A DNA stretch of 64,000 bases. Source: an uncultured Geminicoccaceae bacterium. GTDB taxonomy: Bacteria > Pseudomonadota > Alphaproteobacteria > Geminicoccales > Geminicoccaceae. The stretch spans positions 13,681 to 77,680 of the forward strand of contig CAZNWE010000004.1 in the NCBI GenBank assembly GCA_964576715.1. Reading direction: 5' to 3'. The notes under the pieces are model-generated. The model saw nothing but the letters and a program-made list of their open reading frames with translations, was not told the origin of the DNA and did not search any database. Position 1 is the stretch's first letter; every line of letters starts with the position of its first letter. Positions 29,079-38,863 of this stretch are shown here, piece by piece. The translations under genes and the position numbers were made by a program.

Positions 29079-31646
29079 ATGACGCGCCTGCCCGCCAACT
29101 CGTCGCGCGTGGCCGCGGTGTTGGGACCGACCAATACCGGCAAGACGCACTTCGCGGTCGAGCGGATGCTGGCGCACAGCTCTGGGGTCATGGGGTTTCC
29201 ACTCCGCCTGCTGGCTCGAGAGATCTACGATCGCGTCGTCGGGCTGGTCGGCGCGGAGGCAGTGTCGCTGTCGACCGGCGAGGAACAGATCGGCGGCGAG
29301 AATGCCCGCTACGTCCTGGCGACGGTCGAGGCGATGCCGGTCCAGCGTGACTTCGCTTTTCTCGCCGTCGACGAGATCCAGCTCTGTGCCGACCGCGAGC
29401 GCGGCCACGTCTTCACCGATCGTCTGCTGCACGCGCGTGGAGCCGAGGAGACGCTGTTCCTCGGCTCCGACACCATTCGGCCTCTCCTCAAGCAACTCGT
29501 GCCCGAGGCCGAGATCATCACTCGGCCGCGCTTCTCGATCCTGCGTCACAGCGGCGCGACCAAGCTGAACCGGTTGCCGCGCCGCAGCGCGGTCGTCGCC
29601 TTCACCGCGGCCGACGTCTACACGCTGGCCGAGGTGATGCGCCGGCAGAAGGGCGGCGCCGCTGTGGTGCTGGGTGCCTTGAGCCCCAGGACACGCAACG
29701 CCCAGGTCGCGATGTACCAGTCGGGCGAGGTCGATCATCTGGTCGCGACGGATGCGATAGGCATGGGCCTCAACATGGATCTCGGCCACGTCGCCTTCGC
29801 CCAGCTGCACAAGTTCGACGGCCAGGACACGCGGCGGCTGACCGCCCCCGAGATCGGGCAGATCGCCGGCCGCGCCGGGCGTCATATGGCAGACGGCACT
29901 TTTGGCACCACCAATGGCAGCGAGCCACTGGACGAGCGCATCGTCGAGGCGGTCGAAGCGCACCAGTTCCTGCCGCTCAAGCGGCTGCGCTGGCGCAACA
30001 GCGAGCTCGACTTCACCAGCCTCGAGCACCTCGCCGCCAGCCTCGACGGCGATCCGCTGCAGCCCGGCCTCGTGAAGGTCCGCGACGCGCTCGACGATCG
30101 CAGCCTCGCCATCCTCGCCCGCCGCGACGAGATCCGGGCTCGGGCGCAGAGCCCGGCCGGAGTGCGGCTGCTCTGGCAGGTCTGCCAGATCCCGGACTTC
30201 CGCAAGACCCTGACCGACGCCCATCTGCAACTCCTGGCGACGGTGTTTATGCATCTGACCGGCGATGCCGCGGTGCTGCCGGGCTCCTGGGTCGGCTCGA
30301 TGATCGCGCGGCTGGATCGCACCGACGGCGACATCGATACCCTGGTGGCGCGGATCGCGCATGTGCGGACCTGGACCTACCTGTCGCACCGCCAGCAATG
30401 GTTCGACGATCCGGCGCACTGGCAGAGCTTGGCGCGGGCTGTCGAGGATCGTCTTTCCGATGCCTTGCATGAGCGGCTGACCCAGAAATTCGTCGATCGG
30501 CGCACCGCGGCCCTGCTCAAGAGCCTGCGCGAGCGGGGTGAACTCGCGGCCGAGATCGAGCCGTCGGGCGAGGTGGTGGTGGACGGCCATCCCGTGGGCA
30601 CGCTCGCGGGCTTCGCTTTCACGCTCGGCGCCTCCGGCCTCGCCGCCGAGCACCGGCTGTTTGCCGGTGCCGCGCGGCGCGCGGTGACGCGCAAGCTCAA
30701 CCACCTTGCCGCCGATCTTGTGCGCGAGCCGGATGTCGCGTTCACCATCGCCGATCGCGAGCTATGCTGGCGGGGTGCGGTGATCGGCACGCTGCAGCCC
30801 GGCCACAGCCTGTTGCGCCCGAAGGTTTCGGTCACCGCCACGGACGAGCTTTCGGTCAAGGCCCGTCTCGCCATCGAGCGTCGCCTCGTGCAGCGTTTGC
30901 AGCACTGGCTCGACGAGCGCTTGCAGCCGCTTCTCGCACTCGATGCAGCGTCGCGTTCGGAGGCGCTCTCGGCTGCGGCACGCGGCATCGCCTATCGGCT
31001 GGTCGAGGGGCTGGGTTCACTCGCCGCCGCCGAGGCCGAGGCGCTGAGCGCCCAGCTCGACGGGCGCGACCGCCGCGATCTGGCGCGGCTCGGTGTTCGG
31101 CTCGGCGTCCACCACCTCTATCTGCCGGCCTTGCTCAAGCCGGCGGCGCAGGAGGCGCTGGCCCAGCTGGTGGCGCTGGCCAAGGGTACCACGGCCTGGC
31201 AGCCGACCGCCGGCCGGGTGGCGCTGCGCCGGTCCGAGTGGCCGCCCGAGCCCGCGGCGCTGACCGCCCTAGGCTACCGGCGCCTGACCGGCGACACTGC
31301 CTTGCGGGTCGATATTGTTGAGCGGGTCGCGGCACGACTGCGCGAGCTCGCCCGGAGCGAGACCAGCTTCGCCCTGCCGGAGGACCTGCTGTCGACCGCC
31401 GGCCTTTGTCGCGAGGAGTTCCTGGCGCTGTTGCCCAGCCTCGGGTTTCGCGTCGAGCGGCCGCCGACGGCGGGCGGCGAGGCGGGCAGGGCGTTGCCGG
31501 CGGCGGATTTGGCACCGATCCGCATCCGCCGGGCCAAGGCCCGGCGGATGCGGCCCACGGCCGATCATCGCAAGGTCCAGGCCCGCCAGGGGCCGAGCCA
31601 ATCGCCGTTCGCGGTGCTTGCCCACCTCAAGGCGGTCGGTGCCTGA
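29079..31646 (+). CDS. ATP-dependent RNA/DNA helicase, Suv3-like
   Basis: Walker A GPTNTGKTH, DEIQ box AVDEIQL, VATDAIGMGLN and QIAGRAGR helicase C motifs, and a long helical C-terminal extension. Start at ATG 29079. The upstream part of ORF 28350..31646 overlaps the preceding gene and is Arg/Ser-rich. Confidence 0.85.
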   Translation: MTRLPANSSRVAAVLGPTNTGKTHFAVERMLAHSSGVMGFPLRLLAREIYDRVVGLVGAEAVSLSTGEEQIGGENARYVLATVEAMPVQRDFAFLAVDEIQLCADRERGHVFTDRLLHARGAEETLFLGSDTIRPLLKQLVPEAEIITRPRFSILRHSGATKLNRLPRRSAVVAFTAADVYTLAEVMRRQKGGAAVVLGALSPRTRNAQVAMYQSGEVDHLVATDAIGMGLNMDLGHVAFAQLHKFDGQDTRRLTAPEIGQIAGRAGRHMADGTFGTTNGSEPLDERIVEAVEAHQFLPLKRLRWRNSELDFTSLEHLAASLDGDPLQPGLVKVRDALDDRSLAILARRDEIRARAQSPAGVRLLWQVCQIPDFRKTLTDAHLQLLATVFMHLTGDAAVLPGSWVGSMIARLDRTDGDIDTLVARIAHVRTWTYLSHRQQWFDDPAHWQSLARAVEDRLSDALHERLTQKFVDRRTAALLKSLRERGELAAEIEPSGEVVVDGHPVGTLAGFAFTLGASGLAAEHRLFAGAARRAVTRKLNHLAADLVREPDVAFTIADRELCWRGAVIGTLQPGHSLLRPKVSVTATDELSVKARLAIERRLVQRLQHWLDERLQPLLALDAASRSEALSAAARGIAYRLVEGLGSLAAAEAEALSAQLDGRDRRDLARLGVRLGVHHLYLPALLKPAAQEALAQLVALAKGTTAWQPTAGRVALRRSEWPPEPAALTALGYRRLTGDTALRVDIVERVAARLRELARSETSFALPEDLLSTAGLCREEFLALLPSLGFRVERPPTAGGEAGRALPAADLAPIRIRRAKARRMRPTADHRKVQARQGPSQSPFAVLAHLKAVGA

Positions 31647-31682
31647 TGCCGCCGCGGGCCACTGCCTGAGCATGGCTGCCGC

Positions 31683-31949
31683 GTGATGCGCGAGCCGGGT
31701 CTGCGCCTAGACAAGTGGCTATGGCACGCGCGCTTCATCAGACAACGGCAACTAGCGGCCGAACTCATCCGGCGCCGGCGCATCCGGCTTAACGATCGGT
31801 TGGTCGACAAAGTGCACAAGGCGGTTCGTCCTGGCGACGTCATCACGCTCGTCGTTCCAGCGGGCGTGCAGGTGCTGGAGGTGGTTGCGCTGGGCGAGCG
31901 AAGAGGGCCCGCAACCGAAGCGCAGGCCCTCTACAAGATCATAGTCTAA
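31683..31949 (+). CDS. RNA-binding S4-domain protein (Hsp15/HslR-like)
   Basis: LRLDKWLWHARFIRQRQLAAELIRRRRIRLNDRLV..KVHKAVRPGDVITL is the S4 alpha-L motif. 88 aa. Confidence 0.8.
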   Translation: MMREPGLRLDKWLWHARFIRQRQLAAELIRRRRIRLNDRLVDKVHKAVRPGDVITLVVPAGVQVLEVVALGERRGPATEAQALYKIIV

Positions 31950-31958
31950 GTCAGAGAT

Positions 31959-32330
31959 TTACTGCTTGGATTTCATGTAGGCTATCACGTCAGCGATCTG
32001 CTCTTCGCTGCGCAGTCCGGCGAACGCCATGCGGTTGCCCGACACATAGCCACGCGGGTTGGCGAGATACGCAGCGATTGTCTCTTCGTCCCAGACGATG
32101 CCCGAATTGGCCATGGCATCCGAGTATTTGAAGCCCTCGACGGCACCGGCCTCGCGACCGAAAATACCGACCAGATGCGGCCCGACCCGGTTCTGCTCCG
32201 TGTCGATCACGTGGCACGCTTGGCATTGCCGGAACACCCGCTCTCCGGCGGCAGGATCGCCCTCCGCCATGGCAGCGCCGGCGAGAAGGCCGGTCGTCAT
32301 CGCAGCGGCGATGGCGCAGTGCTTGAACAT
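31959..32330 (-). CDS. Class I cytochrome c (c2/c550-like)
   Basis: Signal peptide, haem-binding CQACH and distal Met in GNRMAFAG. 123 aa. Confidence 0.9.
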   Translation of the reverse strand: MFKHCAIAAAMTTGLLAGAAMAEGDPAAGERVFRQCQACHVIDTEQNRVGPHLVGIFGREAGAVEGFKYSDAMANSGIVWDEETIAAYLANPRGYVSGNRMAFAGLRSEEQIADVIAYMKSKQ

Positions 32331-32473
32331 TGAGATCTCCCGTTGGTCTCGTGGACACCCACCTCAGCGTTAATTGAAGTGGAACCCCCGGAACCGAAGC
32401 TATGCCATGCGCTGCCCCCGCCAACTGCGACGCTACCGCCCACGCGAAGCGCCCGCCGTTGCCTCAAAGCTAT

Positions 32474-33160
32474 TCAGCAGGGACGTGGCGGGCGTGGCCC
32501 GAAGATGGCGCTGCCGACCCGGACATGGGTGGCGCCAAAGCGGACCGCGTCCGCGAAATCGCCACTCATGCCGATACTGATCTGCTTGAGCCCGTGGCGG
32601 CGCGCAATCTTGGCGAGCAAGGCCGTGTGCAGCGCGATGTCCTCGTCGGCCGGCGGGATCGCCATCAGCCCCTCGAGGCTGAGCCCGTGCACCGCGTGGC
32701 ATTCCTCGATGAAGCGATCGGCGTCCACCGGCAGCACTCCGGCCTTTTGCGCCTCCTCCCCGGTATTGACCTGAACGAAGCAGCGCACCTGCCTGCCCTG
32801 CCTGGCCATCTCTTTGCCGAGCGCCGCTGCGAGGCGCGGCCGGTCGAGGGTCTGAATGACGTCGAAGAGGGCGACCGCCTCCTTGGTCTTGTTGGTCTGC
32901 AGCGCGCCGATCATGTGTAGCTCCAGGTCCAGATAGCGTTGCCGCAAAGTCGGCCAGCGGCCGGCCGCCTCCTGCACGTAGTTCTCGCCGAAGACACGCT
33001 CGCCAGCGGCGAGCGCCGCCTCGATCCGCTCAAGCGGTTGCGCCTTCGAAACCGCGATCAGCGTCACCGAGTTCGGCTCACGCCCTGCTTCCTCGGCCGC
33101 CCGGGCGATTGCCGTCCGCACGCGTCGCAGATTAAGGGCAATAGATTGCGTATCGACCAT
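32474..33160 (-). CDS. yggS: YggS-family pyridoxal-phosphate homeostasis protein
   Basis: LIAVSKAQPLE (PLP Lys), FGENYVQE, HMIGALQTNK, MSGDFADAVRFGATHVRVGSAIFG. 228 aa. Confidence 0.9.
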   Translation of the reverse strand: MVDTQSIALNLRRVRTAIARAAEEAGREPNSVTLIAVSKAQPLERIEAALAAGERVFGENYVQEAAGRWPTLRQRYLDLELHMIGALQTNKTKEAVALFDVIQTLDRPRLAAALGKEMARQGRQVRCFVQVNTGEEAQKAGVLPVDADRFIEECHAVHGLSLEGLMAIPPADEDIALHTALLAKIARRHGLKQISIGMSGDFADAVRFGATHVRVGSAIFGPRPPRPC

Positions 33161-33291
33161 AATAGTTCTCCTTAAAGGTGAAATCTTCAGCTCCTCGATG
33201 TTTCATCGCCAATTCATTCAAAACATGTTGAATAGCCAGGTGACATTGTCCAAGACACAAGTTGCGGGGCAGGAAACCATGAGGAAACGCC

Positions 33292-34113
33292 ATGCGCTTC
33301 GACGATCACCATGTGATTGATGTCAACAGGCGGCAGGCGGCCTTTTACGACAAATTCCACACCGAGGAGGAATACAATGTGCCGTCGCGGTTGTGGCGGC
33401 GGTTTCGGGATCGGGTCCGTGCCGCCGCCGACGTGGACGAGCGGGTCGATGCGTTCGAGCGCCGCGCCTTTTCGACCATCCGGCCGCGCCGCGTCCTCGA
33501 GGTCGGCTGCTACAATGGCCGCGAGCAGAGTGACTGGCTGCTCCGTTCGCCTTGGCTCGAGCGATATGTAGGTCTCGACCTTTCGCAGCGCGCGATCGAG
33601 CGCTTCGCTGCCCGGCTGGACCCGGCGGCGGCCGCGAAGGCGGAGCTGATCGTTGGCGATTTTCTCTTGCACGATCTCCCGGCCGGGAGCTTCGACGTCG
33701 TCTACATGCACAGCACTTTCCATCACTTTCCCGACCCCGCTCGTCCGCTCGAAAGGATTGCGCGCCTGCTCTCGCCGGGCGGTTCATTCATCACGTTCGA
33801 TCCGGTGCTCACCAATCCCATCTTCCGCGCCGCGCGCGCCTTGTACAGGCCTTTTCAGAGCGATCGCGATTGGGAGTGGCCATTGCGCCGGACCTGTTTC
33901 GAGCTGCTCGACGAGCGCTTCGAGTTGCGTCGGGTGCAGGGGTTCCTCGGCATTGAGATGTACGGCGCAATGCTCTATGCCGTCGCTCCGGTGGCGGCGG
34001 TCGATGCTTGGCGCAAGCGCACCCGAGCCAGCGACGAAGCCAGCGCCGATCGGTTGGGCGCCGGCCTCTACCGCTGCAACTCGGTCGTCATGTGGTGGCA
34101 GCTGCGGGGCTGA
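33292..34113 (+). CDS. Class I SAM-dependent methyltransferase
   Basis: Motif I RVLEVGCYNG, FDVVYMHSTFHHFPDP, and post-II LLSPGGSFITFDP. A low-GC promoter region lies upstream. Confidence 0.8.
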   Translation: MRFDDHHVIDVNRRQAAFYDKFHTEEEYNVPSRLWRRFRDRVRAAADVDERVDAFERRAFSTIRPRRVLEVGCYNGREQSDWLLRSPWLERYVGLDLSQRAIERFAARLDPAAAAKAELIVGDFLLHDLPAGSFDVVYMHSTFHHFPDPARPLERIARLLSPGGSFITFDPVLTNPIFRAARALYRPFQSDRDWEWPLRRTCFELLDERFELRRVQGFLGIEMYGAMLYAVAPVAAVDAWRKRTRASDEASADRLGAGLYRCNSVVMWWQLRG

Positions 34114-34185
34114 ATCGGCGGCTCACCGACCCCGTCGCCGGCATTGCCATGCCAAACCAGTGCTTGACGCGGGAAGTACGCCGGC

Positions 34186-35367
34186 ATGACCTTCGACGAT
34201 ATCATGGCACCGCTGGGCGCCGAGGCATTCCGCCGCGACTATCTCGGCCGGCGGCCGCTCCACATCGAGGGCGGCGCCGACAAATTCGCTTCGATCATGA
34301 GCTGGTCGATCCTCGAGCGGCTACTGGCCGTCAACACGCTCTGGGACACGACCCGGCTCGACCTCGTGCTCGACCGCGAGCCGATTGCCAAGACCGCCTA
34401 TGCCGGGGCGCAGCCGGCCATCACTGGCGCGGCGATCGCCGATCCGGGCAAAGTCAAGCGCTTCGTCCAGCAGGGTGCCACCATGGTGCTCAACGACATC
34501 GACCAGCTCACGCCCGAGCTCACTGCCTTCGCCAAGGCGATGGAGGAGGCACTCGGCGGCAAGGTCCAGGGTAACCTCTACCAGTCCTCCCGCCGACGCC
34601 AGGGCTTCAAGGTGCACTACGACACCCACGACGTGTTCGCCGTCCACTGCGCGGGCGAGAAGGTCTGGCCGGTGTTCGAGGGCCGGGCCGAGGATCCCAT
34701 TGCCCACACCATGTTCAAGGCGGTGCCGCAGGAGGCGCACGAGGAGGCCAAGGGCAAGCTGTGGAAGGAGGTGCGCCTCAAGCCCGGCGATCTGCTCTAT
34801 CTGCCGCGCGGCCAATACCACTATGCCGTGGCCGACGACGGCGGCTGCATCCACATCGCCTTCGGCGTCACCTACCCGATCGGCATCGACCTCGTCGGCT
34901 ATCTCTACGAGCGGCTGATTGCCGATCCGCTGTGCCGCAGGAACCTGCCGCAGGGCGATGCCGCGGCACTGGATCGCCACCTCGCGGCCTTGGGCCAACG
35001 TATAGCGTCGATCCTGACCGAGCCTGCGACCAGGGTCGACATCGAGCGCTTCATCGTCGGCTACCGATACGTTCGCGAGCCGTGGGACATGGCGCAGCTG
35101 CTCGAGCCCGCCAGCGTGGCCTATGTGGTCAAGGGCGACGGCATCAGGCTGGTCGAGCAGCAGGGCCGGCACGGCCTGGTCAAGGCCGGCAGCCGGCAGG
35201 CGGTGGCGGTGCCGGCCGAGGTGGTGCCGATGGTGACCTGGGTGCTGAACCGCCAGAGCTTCGAGCGGCGTGAACTCGATCGAGCCTTTGCCGCCGCTGG
35301 CCAGTCCGCGCTCGACCGCTTTGTCAAGGACATGGAACGGATGGCGTTGATCGCGGTTCGCGCGTGA
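34186..35367 (+). CDS. JmjC/cupin-4 domain 2-oxoglutarate oxygenase (RoxA/YcfD-like)
   Basis: FKVHYDTHDVFAVHCAGEKVW supplies the HxD iron ligands. PGDLLYLPRGQYHY and CIHIAFGV supply the distal His. Size (393 aa) and layout resemble ribosomal oxygenase YcfD. Confidence 0.78.
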   Translation: MTFDDIMAPLGAEAFRRDYLGRRPLHIEGGADKFASIMSWSILERLLAVNTLWDTTRLDLVLDREPIAKTAYAGAQPAITGAAIADPGKVKRFVQQGATMVLNDIDQLTPELTAFAKAMEEALGGKVQGNLYQSSRRRQGFKVHYDTHDVFAVHCAGEKVWPVFEGRAEDPIAHTMFKAVPQEAHEEAKGKLWKEVRLKPGDLLYLPRGQYHYAVADDGGCIHIAFGVTYPIGIDLVGYLYERLIADPLCRRNLPQGDAAALDRHLAALGQRIASILTEPATRVDIERFIVGYRYVREPWDMAQLLEPASVAYVVKGDGIRLVEQQGRHGLVKAGSRQAVAVPAEVVPMVTWVLNRQSFERRELDRAFAAAGQSALDRFVKDMERMALIAVRA

Positions 35368-36578
35368 GCGTCCTGCGCCCGGCCACCGGAGAGGCGCCGG
35401 TCGACGTCTTCTTCTGGGTCCAGCACTTGCTGGGAATTGGCCATCTGACCCGGGCCGCGACGCTGGTTCGGGCGATGCGCCGCGCCGGGCTCTCCGTGAC
35501 CCTCGTCTCCGGCGGGGTGCCGGTCGACGGCCTCGAACTCGAAGGCGCGGAGTTCTTCCAGCTGGCACCGCTGCAAAGTGACGGCATCGACTTCAAGGTG
35601 CTGCTCGACGCCGCCGGCCGTCCGGTGGAGGAGGGCTTCAAGGCGGCGCGGCGCGATGCCCTCTTGGCGGCCTTCACCGCGCGCCGGCCGCGCATGCTGA
35701 TGCTCGAGATGTTTCCATTCGGACGCCGCCAGATGCGCTTCGAGTTGCTGCCGCTGCTCGCCGCTGCCAAGGCAATGCGCCCCAGACCCTGGATCGTGAG
35801 CTCGGTACGCGACATTCTCGCGCGCCCGCCCAAGCCGGAGCGGCTGACTGAAATGCTTGGCTGGGCAGCCGATTTCGATCGCCTTCTGGTCCATGGCGAT
35901 CCGGACCTCGTGCCGTTCGAGCGCACCTTCCCCGAACGCCGGCTCCTGGGTGAGCGGCTGATCGAGACCGGCTACGTCGTCGAACTGCTGACCGACGCCA
36001 CCGCCGTCGATGCGACGGCCAACGACCGCGGCGAAGTCATCGTCTCGACCGGCGGTGGAAGGGTGGGCGAGCGGCTCCTGGAGATCGCCCTCGCGGCTAG
36101 CGCCACGTTTGCCGAGAGCACGGCGCTATCACTGCCCTGGCGCCTTTTGGTTGGCCAGCACCTCAGCGAGGAGCGCTTCGCGGCACTCGCGGCCGTTGCC
36201 GGATCCGGGGTCACGGTCGAGCGCGCGCGCCGCGATTTTCCTCAGCTGCTCACGCGGGCGGCCCTGTCGATCAGTCAGGGCGGCTACAACACGGTGATGG
36301 AGGTTCTGGCGGCAGGCTGCCCGGCCGTCGTCGTACCCTACGCCGGCGGTCTGGAGACAGAGCAGATGCTGCGCTGTCGGCTGCTCGCCGAGCGCGATCT
36401 GTTGACCATGCTCGACGAGGCAACCCTGGACGTCGCGAACCTTGTTGCTGCGGTGCAACAGCAGTTGGCCACAGCCGGCAAGGTAGCGGGCAGGAAACCG
36501 CGCATGGACGGAAGCGTGCGCACCGTGCGGTTGCTGGAGGATATGCTTGTTCAGCCCGATACGCGATATTGCCCTTAA
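35364..36578 (+). CDS. Glycosyltransferase (GT28 C-terminal-like, COG4671-type, unknown acceptor)
   Basis: VFFWVQHLLGIGHLTRAATLVRAM N-terminus and C-terminal SISQGGYNTVMEVLAAGCPAVVVPY (a MurG/GT-B donor-binding pattern). GTGA overlap with the JmjC gene. Confidence 0.72.
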   Translation: MSVLRPATGEAPVDVFFWVQHLLGIGHLTRAATLVRAMRRAGLSVTLVSGGVPVDGLELEGAEFFQLAPLQSDGIDFKVLLDAAGRPVEEGFKAARRDALLAAFTARRPRMLMLEMFPFGRRQMRFELLPLLAAAKAMRPRPWIVSSVRDILARPPKPERLTEMLGWAADFDRLLVHGDPDLVPFERTFPERRLLGERLIETGYVVELLTDATAVDATANDRGEVIVSTGGGRVGERLLEIALAASATFAESTALSLPWRLLVGQHLSEERFAALAAVAGSGVTVERARRDFPQLLTRAALSISQGGYNTVMEVLAAGCPAVVVPYAGGLETEQMLRCRLLAERDLLTMLDEATLDVANLVAAVQQQLATAGKVAGRKPRMDGSVRTVRLLEDMLVQPDTRYCP

Positions 36579-36580
36579 GC

Positions 36581-36606
36581 GCCTGCAACAAAACCTTGTT
36601 GCAGGC
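36581..36606 (+). terminator. Hairpin terminator candidate after the glycosyltransferase gene
   Basis: GCCTGCAACAA-aacc-TTGTTGCAGGC, a perfect 11-bp stem starting 3 nt after the stop codon. No clear U-tract. Confidence 0.5.
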
Positions 36607-36794
36607 CCGACACAGTAAATGCCGAATGGCCGGGCGCAAAATTGCTTCGGCTTGCACCGTGGCTTGGCAAACTGAATAACACATGGCCGGAGCACGGGGC
36701 GTCTTCCGCGTCCCATCCGCGGCATCTGGGTAGCGGTGCCGCCCGATGAACTCGAAGGCGACCTCACTTTTGGGGTGACGAGGAGAAAACTGAA

Positions 36795-37838
36795 ATGAAC
36801 TTGCGCACTGCACTGTTGGGCACGACCGCCATGCTCGGCGCCGCTGCCCTGCTCGTACCGTCGACCGCTTCGGCGTTCGATGTCAACATCCGCGGCTTCT
36901 TCAACTTCAACACCGTGGTTGGCGATATCGACGATGCCCTCAACGGCAATCGAGTCGACGACTACGACTTCACCACGGACTCGGAAATCCACATCGAGGG
37001 CGTGAACACCGACGACGAAACCGGTATCCGCTACGGCTTCTTGGTCGAGTTCGAGACGGATCCGCAGAGCAACGAAGAGATCGACGAGAGCTGGATCTTC
37101 GTCGACGGCGCCTTCGGCGGCTTCCGTCTGGGCAACGAGGACGGTGCGGTAGACAACTCGAAGATCGGTGCCTACAACATCGCGGCGGGCACCGGCGGCA
37201 TCGACGGCCAGGGCGTCGTCGGCTCGGTGCAGTTTGCACCGACCAATAGCAGCGACTCGACGAAGATCCGCTACGACTCGCCGTCCATTGCCGGCTTCAC
37301 CATCCACGGCTCGTTGACGCCGAACTTCGATACCCAGGGCAACAACGTCGCCCTCGAAAATGCTGCCAGGTCCGGCTACCAGAACTGGGTCGAAACGGCG
37401 CTCGTCTACACCAATTCGTTTGGCGGGCTCGATCTTCAGGCCGGTGGCACTTTCGCGACCAACAGCGGCGAGCAAGGGTTCGACGACTACACTGGCTTCA
37501 ACCTCGGCACGACGCTCGGTTTCGCTGGCTTCCAGGTTTCCGGCAGCTACTGGGAAGACCACGATGCGCCGACAGGCGAGGGGACCGATTCCGGCGATGC
37601 AAAGGGCTTCACTGCTGGCGCTGCCGCGACGCTTGGCCCGGCAGACCTCTCCGTCACCTATGCCCAGATCGTCGACGCGGACAATCCGATCGAGGAAGGC
37701 AGTAACGTTGTACTCAGCGGTTCCGTCGGCTTGCTTCCCGGAATGTCGCTGAACGGCGACGTTTCCTGGTTCGAGGACGCAACCACCACCGGTGAGGATG
37801 GTGTCACCGGCGTCGTCCGGCTTCGGGTGGCTTTCTGA
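36795..37838 (+). CDS. Outer-membrane porin (alphaproteobacterial general porin type)
   Basis: Signal peptide ...LLVPSTASA/FD, alternating beta-strand pattern, Gly/Asp/Thr-rich loops, C-terminal VRLRVAF ending in Phe. Confidence 0.8.
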   Translation: MNLRTALLGTTAMLGAAALLVPSTASAFDVNIRGFFNFNTVVGDIDDALNGNRVDDYDFTTDSEIHIEGVNTDDETGIRYGFLVEFETDPQSNEEIDESWIFVDGAFGGFRLGNEDGAVDNSKIGAYNIAAGTGGIDGQGVVGSVQFAPTNSSDSTKIRYDSPSIAGFTIHGSLTPNFDTQGNNVALENAARSGYQNWVETALVYTNSFGGLDLQAGGTFATNSGEQGFDDYTGFNLGTTLGFAGFQVSGSYWEDHDAPTGEGTDSGDAKGFTAGAAATLGPADLSVTYAQIVDADNPIEEGSNVVLSGSVGLLPGMSLNGDVSWFEDATTTGEDGVTGVVRLRVAF

Positions 37839-37886
37839 TCGACATTTGATCGGCGCCCGATCGACGATAGGGCGAAAAACTGGGAG

Positions 37887-37910
37887 CGGCGGGCTTCGGC
37901 CCGCCGTTTC
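37887..37910 (+). terminator. Rho-independent terminator after the porin gene
   Basis: CGGCGGGC-ttcg-GCCCGCCG followed by TTTCGCTT. Confidence 0.62.
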
Positions 37911-38053
37911 GCTTGACGGGGCGCAAATCTGGCAAGCGGGCAACAGCGGCGTCCGATGAGGCGCATGCCGGCGTCTTGCCGTTGCATCGCACAAGTCGAC
38001 GGCGCATATTGGGTAGAGCAGCTGTTATTCTCTTCATGGGTGTGTCGGACTCG

Positions 38054-38737
38054 ATGTGCGGTCGCGTAGTCACCAAAGCGCTCGTTGCTGGGGTTTTGCT
38101 TGCCGGGCTCGGTGCCGGCACGGCCACCGCCATGAATTTGGTGGCTGGCGGCTATGGCGTGGACGTCGAGCGCTACACACCGCCGGCGTCGCTGTCGATG
38201 CGCAGCATGGATTTCAGTTCCAGCGCCGGCGCGGGGTCGGCCGGCCTCACCTTCGATTTCACGCCGCGCAATAGCGGTTCGCTGTTCAATCAGCGGCACG
38301 GCGAGGCGGAACGTCCGTTGTCGCTTTCCTTCGGTGTGCAGGAAGGTTTCGGCGATGAATTGCGTCTCGACACCATCGGGCTCGGCGCCGAGACGGAAGC
38401 CAACAGTGGCGCGCGGGCGTCACTCGAGGGCTTGGCCGTCGGCGGTGCGTTGCAGTTGCGCGATTGGCAGGTCAACGGCAGCTTGGGCCGTACCAACCTG
38501 CTTGGCCGCGAGGCCGATGTGTTCGCCGCGGGATTGGGCTACGGTCGGCTCAATGCGCGGCTTGTCTATGGCTCCGTTCCGGAGACAACGACGGATGGGC
38601 CAGGCGATGTGTTGATGCTGAGCACCGATCTTGCCGCCTGGTCGTGGCTGACGCTGCAAGGCGACATCGCGGTAAGCGATACGCTCACCGACGAGCCTCT
38701 GACGGTGGGACGGATCGGGCTGCGCCTCAAGTTTTAG
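38054..38737 (+). CDS. Putative outer-membrane beta-barrel protein
   Basis: Signal-like ALVAGVLLAGLGAGTATA, alternating-strand composition, C-terminal GRIGLRLKF. The start is uncertain (ATG 38036 or 38054). Confidence 0.55.
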   Translation: MCGRVVTKALVAGVLLAGLGAGTATAMNLVAGGYGVDVERYTPPASLSMRSMDFSSSAGAGSAGLTFDFTPRNSGSLFNQRHGEAERPLSLSFGVQEGFGDELRLDTIGLGAETEANSGARASLEGLAVGGALQLRDWQVNGSLGRTNLLGREADVFAAGLGYGRLNARLVYGSVPETTTDGPGDVLMLSTDLAAWSWLTLQGDIAVSDTLTDEPLTVGRIGLRLKF

Positions 38738-38863
38738 ATTTGGTGAGGGCCGGCAAGGGTAGCCGCTCCGGGGGCGCCGCCGCCGGCCCTACGCCATCGA
38801 GCGCTGGCATTGGCTGCGAACCGTGCTAAGAGAGGGCCACCGTGGGGCTTTGCCCCGGACGCG

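Noticed and set aside
36129-37994. 621-aa minus-strand ORF across the glycosyltransferase end, the spacer and the porin gene
   Set aside because: Antisense to a porin with a signal peptide and C-terminal Phe. Crosses a terminator hairpin. Aberrant composition.
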